DNA of 64,000 nucleotides from Deltaproteobacteria bacterium (GTDB lineage: Bacteria > SAR324 > JACQKK01). The stretch covers positions 104,851 to 168,850 of the forward strand of contig JAOUEW010000002.1 in NCBI GenBank assembly GCA_029858505.1, given 5' to 3'. This document shows, piece after piece, positions 17,979 to 27,734 of the stretch; positions within the stretch are counted from its first letter, which is position 1, and the number at the start of each line of letters is the position of its first letter. The position numbers and the translations under genes are program-made. The notes under the pieces are model-generated. The model was not told where the DNA came from. It saw nothing but the letters and a program-made list of their open reading frames with translations, and made no database searches.

Positions 17979-19661
17979 TTACTTGGCGCCTTTGCTCACC
18001 AAATAGGCCTCCACCTCATCCAATAGGGGGTCTGGTTGTGGGGCTTTCCACATTCTGAATACAGCCAAGGTAGAATTGTTTTGAAATGGTTTGTTGACAT
18101 TCGCCCCCGCTTCAACCAGTATTTTCACCGTGGCCAACATGCGTTTGTTGGTGTCCTTGTCTTTCACGATCAAGGCCAACAGCAAGGGTGTTTGCCCATT
18201 TCCAAACTCCGCGTTGGGGTTGGCGCCTTTTTTTAGTAACAGGGCCAAGATTTCCGGCATTTTATTTTCAGCCGCGTGGTGAATGGGCTGCAGGTTGGCA
18301 TTTACCCCATTGCTGTAAGACGCGTTGACGTTTGCTCCCTTTTCGATGAGAACCCGAGCGGCGTCGGGGGCGTTGTTAGAAACCGCAACGATCAAAGGGG
18401 TTAGGCCGGCCGGAACTCGCGCGTCAATTTTGGCCCCTTTCCCCAGCAAGTATTGGATAGAGGCCACCGCGTTGTATTGGGCGGCGATTTGCAGGGAGTT
18501 CCACCCGGTGTTGTTGGTCTGCTCGATGTTTTCCTTGGTGATCTTCAGCAGGGCATCGGCCGTGGCCGGGTGGTTTTTCATCAGGGCCTGCATAAACGGC
18601 GTCAGCCCATAGGCGTCTCGCTGGTCGGCCTTCAACCCCTTTTGCGCCAGATACAGCGCGACATCGGTTTTTCCGTACAGGGCGGCGTGATGCAAGGGAG
18701 TGTAATTCCCTTGGCTCATCTCATCCAGCTTGGCTCCCTTGCTAACCAAGTATTTCACCACCGCCAGCGATTCGGTGGCGGCGTGCATGACGGGCGTTCT
18801 GCCGTCGGTGTCTTTGGCGTGGATGTTGGCTTTATGCTCCACCAGGTATTTCACCACCTCTTCATAGCCGTTGGTAGCCGCGTACATTAACGGAGTGAGC
18901 TGCGGTTGGGTGGCTGCGTTGACGTCGGCTCCTTTCTCGATCAACAACTTCACCGAGGGCAGATCGCCGAATTGGGCAGCCCCATGCAGTGCCGTGAATC
19001 CGCCTGGAGTATTCACGAACGAAAGACTGATGGTGTCATTTGGGTTGTGCGTGATTTTTAGAAGGTTGGCCTGAGCGGATGGGGATGCGTTGATCTCGGC
19101 ACCGTGTTGAATTAAGAACAGCGTAATGTTTTTGTGCCCCAGGGCGGCGGCCAGCACCAAAGCGTTGAAGCCTTGATTGTTTTTGATGTTGAGGTTGGCC
19201 CCTCGACCCACCAAAAATTCCACCGACTTTGCGGTTCCATTGGAAATAGCCTCCATCAAGGCTGTGTTACCATCGTTGTCGGTGTGGTTGATGTCAGCCT
19301 TGCGGTCTAGCAGAAAAGCCATGACGTCCAGGTGTCCGCGCTCAGCGGCGGTGGATAACGGTTGACTGCCCGATTTTGTAACGGCATGGATATCGGCCTT
19401 GTTTTCCACCAGGTATTTCACCATTTCCAGGTGGCCTTTTTGGGCGGCCAAATACAAAGGCGTAAGGTAATAGTTGTTCTTCTGGTTCGGGTCGGCCCCC
19501 CCTTGAATCATTTTCTTCACGGTGGCTAGGTCGCCTTTAAGAATGGCATCCTGCATGGGGAATTTGGCGGGCAACTCGGCTCCGCCGCCACCGCCACCGG
19601 AACAACCCGCTAGGATGAAAGCGAACAAAACGAACCAACGATTGAAGTTAGAAAGAAGCAT
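17979..19661 (-). CDS. Ankyrin-repeat lipoprotein
   Basis: Lipobox LAGC + SGGGGGG; more than ten ankyrin repeats (TPLxxAAxxG...VKYLVEHKA.I.A). Confidence 0.92.
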   Translation of the reverse strand: MLLSNFNRWFVLFAFILAGCSGGGGGGAELPAKFPMQDAILKGDLATVKKMIQGGADPNQKNNYYLTPLYLAAQKGHLEMVKYLVENKADIHAVTKSGSQPLSTAAERGHLDVMAFLLDRKADINHTDNDGNTALMEAISNGTAKSVEFLVGRGANLNIKNNQGFNALVLAAALGHKNITLFLIQHGAEINASPSAQANLLKITHNPNDTISLSFVNTPGGFTALHGAAQFGDLPSVKLLIEKGADVNAATQPQLTPLMYAATNGYEEVVKYLVEHKANIHAKDTDGRTPVMHAATESLAVVKYLVSKGAKLDEMSQGNYTPLHHAALYGKTDVALYLAQKGLKADQRDAYGLTPFMQALMKNHPATADALLKITKENIEQTNNTGWNSLQIAAQYNAVASIQYLLGKGAKIDARVPAGLTPLIVAVSNNAPDAARVLIEKGANVNASYSNGVNANLQPIHHAAENKMPEILALLLKKGANPNAEFGNGQTPLLLALIVKDKDTNKRMLATVKILVEAGANVNKPFQNNSTLAVFRMWKAPQPDPLLDEVEAYLVSKGAK

Positions 19662-19892
19662 GGGGGGCTCCTGAAAGGGGGTTGTTTTATGCGCTGCTAT
19701 GAAGGGTATTCTTGCTTATCGTGTGGGTCTTTGAATGTCAACGTTTGGGGGGTGTTTTTCCTTGGCGGGAAAATGGGGGCCTTCCCCTGGTTCTTTCCCA
19801 TGCCGCGCGGGGTTTGATATGCTGTGGGGGCGTATTGATTTCAAATCATGTTTCTTCTGGCGTTATGGTGTTCTGAATACTTGGGGTCAAGC

Positions 19893-21212
19893 ATGAAGTT
19901 GGAATGGGCGTTGGCGTTTCGTTACTTGCGTTCCCGGCACCGGGAAAGTTCTCTGTCGTTGGCCACGGCCCTGGCGGTGGTGGGGGTGATGCTGGGGGTG
20001 GCGGCGTTGTTGGTGGCCATGTCGCTGATGAATGGCTATCGCCACAACGTGGTGCAGGTGATGGCCGGGGCCATGCCCCATTTGTACCTGATTTCCTACA
20101 ATGTGGATGGCTCTGGGGGGTTTGGCGATGAAGCCTTGGTGCGAGAGCAGATTCAGCAGCGGCTGAACCCCCGGGCCATCACGCCATTTCTCATCATGGA
20201 TTCCATGCTGACCAACCCGGCCGCCATGGGAACCCCCGTGCGGGGGGTAATGATCCGCGGCGTGGCCACGGCCCAGGAGGCGGAACGGCCAGATTTTTTG
20301 CAGTTGCTGCAAGAGGGGGCGGGAGAAGTTCACACCCTGTCTCAAGAGCAACGGCTGGCCTCGGCCCGGCGGGTGGCCGGTTTGCTGGCGGCCCCGCCGG
20401 TGGGGCGGGTCTTTCCGGTGCTAATCAGCCCTACTCTCGCGGCTAAGTTGTTGGTGCACCCCGGAGATCAACTGGTGCCTCTGCGCTTCCCCAAAAAAGG
20501 GGAGAACTTCAACCCCCGGCCCATGGATGCCCGCCTGGAAGTGGTGGGCTATTTTGAAACGGGCATTCTGTCCTTCGATGAAATGGCGGTGATGATGGAT
20601 CTGAACGCGGTTCAGGCCATGTTTCATCTGGAATCCAAGGCCCATTCCCTGGGGGTGTTTCTCGATGACCCCATGGCGGCCATGGGGGCGGCGGAAGCGG
20701 TGAGCGAGATTAAGGTGGGTAAGGGCGAGGACTTTACGGTGTCTAGCTGGTTGGAAACCAACCGGGGCATGTTTCAACTGATTCAAACCCAAAAGGTGGC
20801 CCTGGGGCTGGTGCTGATGGTGATTGTGGTGGTGGCTTTTTTTGGCATGGTAAGCGCCCTGGTGATGCTGGTGGTGGAAAAAACCAGAGAGATTGCCGGG
20901 CTGAAGGCCCTGGGAATGAAGGACAGTACGGTGAGAAAAATGTTTTTTTGGCAGGGCGTGTTGATTGGGGTAGGGGGGCTGACCCTGGGCATTGGTTTGG
21001 GGTTGGGGGTGCTGTGGGTGTTGGATACCTTTCCCCTGGTCAGCATTCCGGCGGGGGTGTATCCGGGCTCCGACCGCATTCCGGTGCTGGTGGATTGGCG
21101 AGACATTGTTGTGGTGGCGGTGGCCACCCTGGGGGTGAGCATGACGGCCACTTGGTACCCGGCCAACAAGGCCATGGCCCTGAAACCCGTAGATGGATTG
21201 CGCTCGGAGTAA
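19893..21212 (+). CDS. LolC/LolE-type (FtsX/MacB family) ABC permease
   Basis: LAFRYLRSR, GVMLGVAALLVAMSLMNG, VVEKTREIAGLKALG, WYPANKA..LKPVDGLRSE. Confidence 0.88.
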   Translation: MKLEWALAFRYLRSRHRESSLSLATALAVVGVMLGVAALLVAMSLMNGYRHNVVQVMAGAMPHLYLISYNVDGSGGFGDEALVREQIQQRLNPRAITPFLIMDSMLTNPAAMGTPVRGVMIRGVATAQEAERPDFLQLLQEGAGEVHTLSQEQRLASARRVAGLLAAPPVGRVFPVLISPTLAAKLLVHPGDQLVPLRFPKKGENFNPRPMDARLEVVGYFETGILSFDEMAVMMDLNAVQAMFHLESKAHSLGVFLDDPMAAMGAAEAVSEIKVGKGEDFTVSSWLETNRGMFQLIQTQKVALGLVLMVIVVVAFFGMVSALVMLVVEKTREIAGLKALGMKDSTVRKMFFWQGVLIGVGGLTLGIGLGLGVLWVLDTFPLVSIPAGVYPGSDRIPVLVDWRDIVVVAVATLGVSMTATWYPANKAMALKPVDGLRSE

Positions 21213-21215
21213 ACC

Positions 21216-21659
21216 TTATGCGAGGGCCAGGGTCATCAGCCGCAACAAGTCCGATTCGGTGAGAATGCCCACCAGTTGGTTGTTGCCGTTCACCACTGGC
21301 ACGCAGCCAATCTTGTGCTCAATCATCAAGTCCAGAGCGGCTCCCAGGGTGTCGTCAGGGCCCAGGGTCAGGGGGTCGGGGGTCATGATGGAGGGAATGT
21401 CCAAGAACGAATCGAGAAAATCGTGCTGCTCTTGGTTATTCTCCACAAAGAAAAAACTCATCATGTGGCGGAACAGGTCCCGCTGGGAAATTAACCCCTG
21501 AAGAACGCCCCCTTTCACCACCGGCAAATGATGGATGGCGTGGTGATTCATCAGGGTGTCGGCCAAGTGGGGTTGGGCGTCTAACTCGATGGTCACTGGC
21601 CGGGTGCTCATCACCTGGGCCAGGGGGGTTGTCCGGGAAAGGGTTTGGGGTTCGCTCAT
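21216..21659 (-). CDS. CBS-domain pair protein
   Basis: Two CBS domains (IHHLPVV..G.L.GLISQRD; IGCVPVV....LVGILTESD); start at MSEPQ with GGAG SD. Confidence 0.88.
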   Translation of the reverse strand: MSEPQTLSRTTPLAQVMSTRPVTIELDAQPHLADTLMNHHAIHHLPVVKGGVLQGLISQRDLFRHMMSFFFVENNQEQHDFLDSFLDIPSIMTPDPLTLGPDDTLGAALDLMIEHKIGCVPVVNGNNQLVGILTESDLLRLMTLALA

Positions 21660-21780
21660 GCTTCGCCTCCCTGTTTTGGATTCCTGGTTTTGGATTCCGG
21701 CCTCGGTTTGTATCCGGTCCCTGTCTTCACCTCTTTCCTCCCCCTTCTCTCTTTCTCTTTCTCTCTTTTTCTCGGCAAGG

Positions 21781-22476
21781 TTAAGAGAAACTGGGCAGTG
21801 GGCTGGCACCTTCTTTCCCCAACAGGGGAACAAACCGCACGTGTTCAAGCATGGTTTTGTCCAGTTCTCCCCCCGGCCGTCGGGTGATTCGAACCAGCAT
21901 CTGAGAGAACTCTCCCCCCACTGGCACCACCAACCGCCCGCCAATAGCCAGTTGGGCAATCAGGGTAGGGGGCGGCTTTGGGGCTCGGGCCCCCACCACA
22001 ATGGCGTCGAAGGGGGCTTCCTCCGGCCAGCCCAAAGAGCCGTCTGCCAGCCGGGTGTAAACGGGGCAGGCCCCGTGGCGCTCCAGGGGTTGCCGGGCGT
22101 GAATCAGCAGCCGGGAGTGGATCTCGATGGAAAAGACCTCCGCCGCCAAGTGAGACAACAGGGCGGCCTGATAACCAGACCCGGTGCCCACGTCTAGCAC
22201 CCGTTCTTCGCCGGTAAGGGCCAGGGCTTGCAGGGCTACCGCCACAATATAAGGCTGAGAGATGGTTTGGCCGCAGCCAATGGGCACGGGGCTGTCCCAC
22301 TCAGCCAAGTGTTCCTGCCCAGGGGGCAGGAAATCTCCCCGGGGAACCTGCCGGAAGGCTTCCAGCACCCGGTGGTCGGTGATGCCCCGGCGGATCAACT
22401 GCCTCTCTATCCATTCCGGCCAAGCTATTTTCTGGCCGGGAACCCGATGCCTTCCCTTGGAATCTGCCCTGTCCAT
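21781..22476 (-). CDS. pcm: Protein-L-isoaspartate O-methyltransferase
   Basis: GQTISQPYIVA, VLDVGTGSGYQAA, GWPEEAPFDAI, VRFVPL. Confidence 0.95.
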   Translation of the reverse strand: MDRADSKGRHRVPGQKIAWPEWIERQLIRRGITDHRVLEAFRQVPRGDFLPPGQEHLAEWDSPVPIGCGQTISQPYIVAVALQALALTGEERVLDVGTGSGYQAALLSHLAAEVFSIEIHSRLLIHARQPLERHGACPVYTRLADGSLGWPEEAPFDAIVVGARAPKPPPTLIAQLAIGGRLVVPVGGEFSQMLVRITRRPGGELDKTMLEHVRFVPLLGKEGASPLPSFS

Positions 22477-22521
22477 ACAGATAGGGTACCAAAAACCGAG
22501 GGAAATTTCTCGCCCGGTACC

Positions 22522-22559
22522 AAGAAAAACCCGGCACCCCTTTGGGAGAGGGCCGGGTT
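22522..22559 (-). terminator. Intrinsic terminator after the lipoprotein gene
   Basis: ACCCGGC...GCCGGGT hairpin followed by TTTTCTT on the minus strand, just past the stop at 22585. Confidence 0.7.
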
Positions 22560-22584
22560 GTTTCTGCGGAACCGGGCAAGATTT

Positions 22585-24135
22585 TTATTGCACCAAGATG
22601 AAAGAATAGTTGGCGCCGGTTTCAAGTCCCGTGATGTGCACGTCTACGCTGGCCGTGGGAGTGCTGACCGTGCAGGACCCTTGGCTCGAAACGTTAAAAT
22701 CCACCATGCCTGATGAACAAAGCAAGGTTCCATTGTTGGTGTTGATCAGTTCCACCATTGCGGCGGAAGACAAACCGCTTAAGGTGACCGTTAAGGGAAG
22801 GCCGGTGTTCACGGTGCCCGCTCGGTAATAGCTCATGGAAATTCCAGAGATCACCTTGCCCGCTTTCGCCGTGTTCACCGTCACCGCCACGGGAGCGGCC
22901 AGTGTTCCGTCGTTCGCGGCGGGAACTTGTTGCAGGCTTAGCCAATAATGGCTTCCAGAACCGGCCGGAGGCGCCACGGAGAAATACAGCGTTCCATTGG
23001 CGGCTGGCGTTACCCGGCAGGACGAAATTTTAAAATATGTATTCCCGGGGTTCAGTCCAGCCGCGCATGTTCCGGCGGTGGTAAAGGTGGCATCGGTGGT
23101 AAATTGGGTAATGGTAAACGCCGTGCCGTTGTAATGCATGGCGAGAATGTCATACGTTACGCCGCTCGTGACCGGAACGCTGTAATAATCGGTTTTCCCG
23201 CTAGGAACGGCTTGTACATATACCGTGTTGGCGGCAATGACATTCGGCGCGGCGGTGGTGCTGGCTGCCCCCATGGCCTGAAAGGTTGCGTCTGCCCCCT
23301 GGGGGAAGCCGCTTCCCGACAAGTCGGTCATCTGTATCTTCCCCGTTCCGGCCAAATCTAGCACGCACTGGAACGGACCGCCGGTTCCCGTGCAGGTGTT
23401 GGCCGAGTTGGCGCCATCGGTCATGGTGATACTTCGTGAGGCGAACGTTGAGGGAAACGTGACCATGTAGCGGCCAGCCGTTCCGCCAGCGTTGGCTTGA
23501 TAGTGGGTGGTTCCATTGACCGGCGCGTACACCAGAAAATCGGTGGCCGAGGGAAAGGGCACTGGGTCGGCGGCGGTGTCTCCCTTGGCCGTGGTGCTGG
23601 TGGAATAGTTGGTGAAAGGGAACCCATAGGTAATGGTTACAACCGCGCTTCCACCGGGGGCATAGGAGGAAACGGTTTCTGTTGTGGTCCCATTGTCTCG
23701 ATAGCAGGTCATGATGTATGTGGTTACCGTTCCCGGGTTGGTCACGTTAGACAGACATACGTTTAAACCGTAATATCCGCCCGGAAGATTTGGATTGAGC
23801 GGAATGTTCAGGGTAACGGTGGTGTTGGGCTGCACGGTTTTGGTCATGGTTCCTCCCACAAAGCCAGAGGAACCCAGTCCCGTTCCAACGCTTACGTATT
23901 TTGTTGCGGAATCTACCTGCAAGGAAATCTGCAGGGTGTCCCAATCGGCCAAGGTGGCATTGAGCGCCAGCGGAGTGGCCTTCAGTTCGGGAATGGTGTC
24001 GCCCGCGTTGAAGGTGAGCGGTTGACCGCCTGAAACCAGGGAGGGGCCAGGGTTATTGTTACTTTTTCCCCCGCCACACCCCGCTAAAATAAACACCATG
24101 AGAATCCAGGCATATTTTCCGTGTTTCAAGGTCAT
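22585..24135 (-). CDS. Large beta-rich surface lipoprotein, unknown function
   Basis: Lipobox LAGC + GGGKSNNN; Thr/Gly/Ala-rich beta modules, PPC-like DYYSVPVTSG.TY.I motif; AT-rich promoter region upstream. Confidence 0.8.
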   Translation of the reverse strand: MTLKHGKYAWILMVFILAGCGGGKSNNNPGPSLVSGGQPLTFNAGDTIPELKATPLALNATLADWDTLQISLQVDSATKYVSVGTGLGSSGFVGGTMTKTVQPNTTVTLNIPLNPNLPGGYYGLNVCLSNVTNPGTVTTYIMTCYRDNGTTTETVSSYAPGGSAVVTITYGFPFTNYSTSTTAKGDTAADPVPFPSATDFLVYAPVNGTTHYQANAGGTAGRYMVTFPSTFASRSITMTDGANSANTCTGTGGPFQCVLDLAGTGKIQMTDLSGSGFPQGADATFQAMGAASTTAAPNVIAANTVYVQAVPSGKTDYYSVPVTSGVTYDILAMHYNGTAFTITQFTTDATFTTAGTCAAGLNPGNTYFKISSCRVTPAANGTLYFSVAPPAGSGSHYWLSLQQVPAANDGTLAAPVAVTVNTAKAGKVISGISMSYYRAGTVNTGLPLTVTLSGLSSAAMVELINTNNGTLLCSSGMVDFNVSSQGSCTVSTPTASVDVHITGLETGANYSFILVQ

Positions 24136-24355
24136 TTGTTCTCTCTCAAGCTGTTTTTGGTGTGAATACGTATATAGAGGGAATATAAAACGCCTTTAAC
24201 TCCCCTCTTACTCGTATTCTATATCCAATCATATAAGTGAAGCCAATGAAGTGGAAGTCTTGTTTATTTGATAGATTTGAGCGCTTTTTTTAATCATTTT
24301 TTGTATCATGTGTTCAGCGTGACTATCTACCTTCACCTTCCTTTGGGAGATTGCG

Positions 24356-26212
24356 ATGAAAGGCAGCAGCACTCAATTTCGCGTGGATCGCCGGGATATT
24401 CGATTTGTTCAAAAAGAACTGCTGGCCATGGGAGACTTGGTAAAGTTGAAGGCGTTTTCCGAGTTTTCTCCCGATGATTTTGACATGGCGGTGGAAGAGG
24501 GCCTGACCTTTTCCGAAGAGGTGTTTGCCCCCCTGAACCAACCGGGCGACGCAGAGGGCTGCCGCATGGAAAACGGCCGGGTGAAAACCCCCAAGGGCTT
24601 CCAGGCGGCCTGGAAAAAAAACGGGGAGGGCGGGTGGCTCGCCATGGCCTCGGGGCAGGATCACGGCGGGGGCGGGTTCCCCTACACGGTGGCCCTGGCG
24701 GTGTTGGAAAGCCAGTGGGGGGCCAATCCGTCTTTGTTCATCACCTCCATGCTCACCGAAGGGGCGGCGGGGCTGATTTCTGAATTTGGCACGGAAGATC
24801 AAAAGAAACGGTTCGTGGAGAACATGCTCTCTGGCCGCTGGGGGGGCACCATGTGTTTATCCGAACCCCAGGCGGGCAGCGCCGTGGGCGATGCCCTGAC
24901 CAAGGCCCGCAAGGCCCCCGATGGCGACCACTACCTGATTGAAGGCAACAAGCAGTGGATTTCTGGTGGCGACCACGACCTGACCCCCAACGTGATCCAC
25001 CTGGTGCTGGCCCGGATGGAGGGTGACCCCGCTGGCACCAAGGGCCTGAGTTTGTTTATCGTGCCCCGCTTTCGGCTGGATGCCGCCGGAAACCCCGCCG
25101 AAGACAACGGCATAGCCACCGTGCGGCTGGAGCACAAGCTGGGCATTCGGGCCTCGCCCACCTGCGCCCTGGAATTTGGCGCCAAGGGCCCCTGCCACGG
25201 CTATCTGCTGGGCAAGCCCCGGGAAGGCATGAAGATGATGTTCAAAATGATGAACGAAGCCCGGCTGATGGTGGGGCTGCAGGGGTTGGCTTCGTCCGCG
25301 GCGGCCTATGGCTATGCCCTGGCCTATGCCAACGAACGCAAGCAGGGAGTGCCCATCGAAAAGTCTCTGCAAGAAGGGGCGGTGAGCGACCTGATTGTTT
25401 ACCACCCGGATGTGCGCCAAGCCCTGATGACCATCAAGGCCACGGCGGAGGGCACCCGGGCCCTGTTGTATTACGCCGGGTATTGCTACGACCTGTCTCG
25501 CTATGGAGACGCCGCCCAGCAGGCCCGTTACCAAAACCTGATTGACCTGTTGACCCCCATGGCCAAGAACGCCGGGGCCGACTTGGGGTATGAGGCGGTG
25601 CGGCTGGCCATGCAGGTGCTGGCCGGGGTGGGCTATACCGAGGAATTCCCCGTGGCACAACTGCTGCGAGACACCAAAATCGCCTCGATTTACGAGGGCA
25701 CCACCGGCATTCAGGCCTTGGATTTGGTGGGGCGGAAACTGGTGATGAAGGGAGACGCCTTGTATGGGGTGCTGCGGGAGGAAATGGCGGGGCTGACCCC
25801 GGGGCAGGCCAAAACCCCCAGCCTGGCCAAAGCCATTGAACGATGGCGCCAGGGGGCCGATGCCCTGGAGAAAACCGTGAACCGGGTGCGGGGGGCCTTT
25901 GGCGAGGGCATGTTCCGCCAGGGGGCGGCCCAGGCCACCGACCTGGCCAACTTCATGGCCCTCACGGTGATGGGCTGGCTGTTGCTGCGCTCGGCCCTGG
26001 TGGCCCAGGAGCGGCTGCTGGAGAAGTCGGCTGGCTGGCCCGATGAAGCCAAAGCGCGGGAGATGGCCCGGAACAACGATGAAGTGCGGTTTTATTTCAA
26101 CAAAATCAAAACCGCCGAGCACTTGGTGTTTCAAATGCTGCCCAAGGCCCAGGCCACGGCAGACATCATTGCCCAGGGGCAATATCCGGCTTTGGATGCC
26201 GTGCTGGAATAA
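24356..26212 (+). CDS. Acyl-CoA dehydrogenase (long FadE type)
   Basis: GTMCLSEPQAGS, GNKQWISGG, GTKGLSLFIVP, EHKLGIRASPT, MNEAR, IYEGTTGIQALDL. Confidence 0.95.
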   Translation: MKGSSTQFRVDRRDIRFVQKELLAMGDLVKLKAFSEFSPDDFDMAVEEGLTFSEEVFAPLNQPGDAEGCRMENGRVKTPKGFQAAWKKNGEGGWLAMASGQDHGGGGFPYTVALAVLESQWGANPSLFITSMLTEGAAGLISEFGTEDQKKRFVENMLSGRWGGTMCLSEPQAGSAVGDALTKARKAPDGDHYLIEGNKQWISGGDHDLTPNVIHLVLARMEGDPAGTKGLSLFIVPRFRLDAAGNPAEDNGIATVRLEHKLGIRASPTCALEFGAKGPCHGYLLGKPREGMKMMFKMMNEARLMVGLQGLASSAAAYGYALAYANERKQGVPIEKSLQEGAVSDLIVYHPDVRQALMTIKATAEGTRALLYYAGYCYDLSRYGDAAQQARYQNLIDLLTPMAKNAGADLGYEAVRLAMQVLAGVGYTEEFPVAQLLRDTKIASIYEGTTGIQALDLVGRKLVMKGDALYGVLREEMAGLTPGQAKTPSLAKAIERWRQGADALEKTVNRVRGAFGEGMFRQGAAQATDLANFMALTVMGWLLLRSALVAQERLLEKSAGWPDEAKAREMARNNDEVRFYFNKIKTAEHLVFQMLPKAQATADIIAQGQYPALDAVLE

Positions 26213-26272
26213 ATCTGGCGAGACAGGCGGGGCCAAGAGTCCTGAATTTTTGCCTCGCTAGACAGCACTCTC

Positions 26273-26592
26273 CCCAACAGCACCCCTCCCTGCCGCCTTT
26301 CAGGCGGCTGTCCCTCCCCATCGTGGAGGGACAATACGGCTTAAGCCGAGGGGTGGAGAATAGAATCCGTCTGGATGGTGATGCCGGAAGGAAGCAAGCG
26401 CATAACTTTTCGGCTTCGCGTGTTTCCCAACAGCACCCCTCCCTGCCGCCTTTCAGGCGGCTGTCCCTCCCCATCGTGGAGGGACAATACGGCTTCGGCC
26501 AATGGATTCTGGTTTTATCTGTTCAGTGGATGAAGCCGGACGGAAACAAATCAATAACCCATCGGATTCAATTCCAGGGGAGGGGTGCTGTT
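26273..26592. repeat. REP/REPIN-like cluster: two identical 70-bp two-hairpin repeats (26273-26342, 26426-26495) plus an inverted partial copy (26578-26592)
   Basis: Exact 70-bp direct repeat containing GCCGCC-TTTCA-GGCGGC and TGTCCCTCC-CCATCGT-GGAGGGACA hairpins; GGGAGGGGTGCTGTT is the reverse complement of its 5' end. Confidence 0.85.
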
Positions 26593-26682
26593 CGGAGAGG
26601 TACCCCACGGTCGTATGAAATAGGTGAATCAATATCTTCATGAATTTATGCCAGCCCCAAATTTTTGTGAGGAGGCCTGCCG

Positions 26683-27348
26683 ATGGATGATTTTCTGTTG
26701 ATTATAGCGAACAAGAAGTATTCGTCTTGGTCCATGCGCCCCTGGCTGCTGATGAAGCAGCTGGGGATTCCGTTCCAGGAAAAATACATTCCGTTGTATC
26801 AGCCGGGCTACCAGCAGGCCCTAGCCCCTTATTCTCCCAGCCTGAAGGTGCCAGCCCTGCGCCACGGGCCGCTGACCGTGTGGGATTCTTTGGCCATTTG
26901 CGAATATGTGGCGGAACGCCACCCCCAGGCTTGGCCCCAGGACCCGGCCGCCAGGGCCGTGGCCCGTTCCGTCAGCGCGGAAATGCATTCTGGTTTTCAG
27001 GCCATGCGTTCGGAGCTTACCTGTAACCTGGGGGCCCGTTATGCTTGGCAGGCCTGCGGCGAGGCGGTGATGGCCGACATGGCCCGGGTGGAGGCCATTT
27101 GGGCCGACTGCCGGAAGAAGTATGGCAGCGGCGGCCCCTGGCTGTTTGGGGCCTTCTCCATTGCCGATGCCATGTTTGCCCCGGTGGCCACCCGGTTCGT
27201 CACTTACAATGTGCCCATTTCGCCCATCTCTCAGGAATACGTGAACACCGTGTTTCAGTCTCCGGCTTTTCAAGCCTGGCAAGCTGGTGCCCTGGCCGAA
27301 AAAGAAGTGATCCCCCAGTATGAATACACCCACTGGAAACGGTTGTAG
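26683..27348 (+). CDS. Glutathione S-transferase family protein
   Basis: NKKYSSWSMRPWL, KVPAL, WDSLAICEY, WLFGAFSIADAMFAPV. Confidence 0.93.
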   Translation: MDDFLLIIANKKYSSWSMRPWLLMKQLGIPFQEKYIPLYQPGYQQALAPYSPSLKVPALRHGPLTVWDSLAICEYVAERHPQAWPQDPAARAVARSVSAEMHSGFQAMRSELTCNLGARYAWQACGEAVMADMARVEAIWADCRKKYGSGGPWLFGAFSIADAMFAPVATRFVTYNVPISPISQEYVNTVFQSPAFQAWQAGALAEKEVIPQYEYTHWKRL

Positions 27349-27435
27349 GGGGCAAGGGGGGGGTGAGGCAAGAGAGGCAGGGGGGCCAGGAGGGGGGAGG
27401 GAGGAGAAAAAAATAGGGGCGGCAAGGCGGGCGGG

Positions 27436-27690
27436 TTATTTCCCCCCCCGCATGATGCCCCAGAACACGTAGTTATATACCCCAATCAGCAGAGAGAACA
27501 CCGGCACGGCGATTAGGGCAATGAACACCGAAGCCGAGAAGGTGTCGTTCAGCTTCCAAGACACATACAGCAGCCGCCCCACCCAAATAATCACCCCGCT
27601 GGCGAACAGCACAAAACTAGACAACAGGGCAATCTGCAGGCGGAACACCAGGGGGGATTCCGGTTCGCCGGGGTTGTGTGGGGGATTCAT
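27436..27690 (-). CDS. Small two-TM membrane protein, last gene of the respiratory operon
   Basis: 84 aa with two hydrophobic helices; AGGAG SD; co-directional just downstream of the NrfD gene. Confidence 0.65.
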   Translation of the reverse strand: MNPPHNPGEPESPLVFRLQIALLSSFVLFASGVIIWVGRLLYVSWKLNDTFSASVFIALIAVPVFSLLIGVYNYVFWGIMRGGK

Positions 27691-27734
27691 GAAAAATTCT
27701 CCTGTGGGTGTTTCCCGCGGTGATTCTGCCGGGG

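Noticed and set aside
26384-26396. SRP (4.5S) RNA, because CCGGAAGGAAGCA matches the domain IV loop
   Set aside because: The required upstream CAGG half of the symmetric loop is absent (GATG instead), there is no long flanking stem, and the homologous second linker does not keep the motif.
26273-26495. Mini CRISPR array
   Set aside because: Repeat (70 bp) and spacer (83 bp) are too long, there are only two copies, the spacers are homologous to each other, and no cas genes are present.
27356-27368. Possible extra inverted REP core GGGGGGTGAGG after the GST gene
   Set aside because: Only ~11 bp within a G-rich low-complexity tract, with no associated hairpins.
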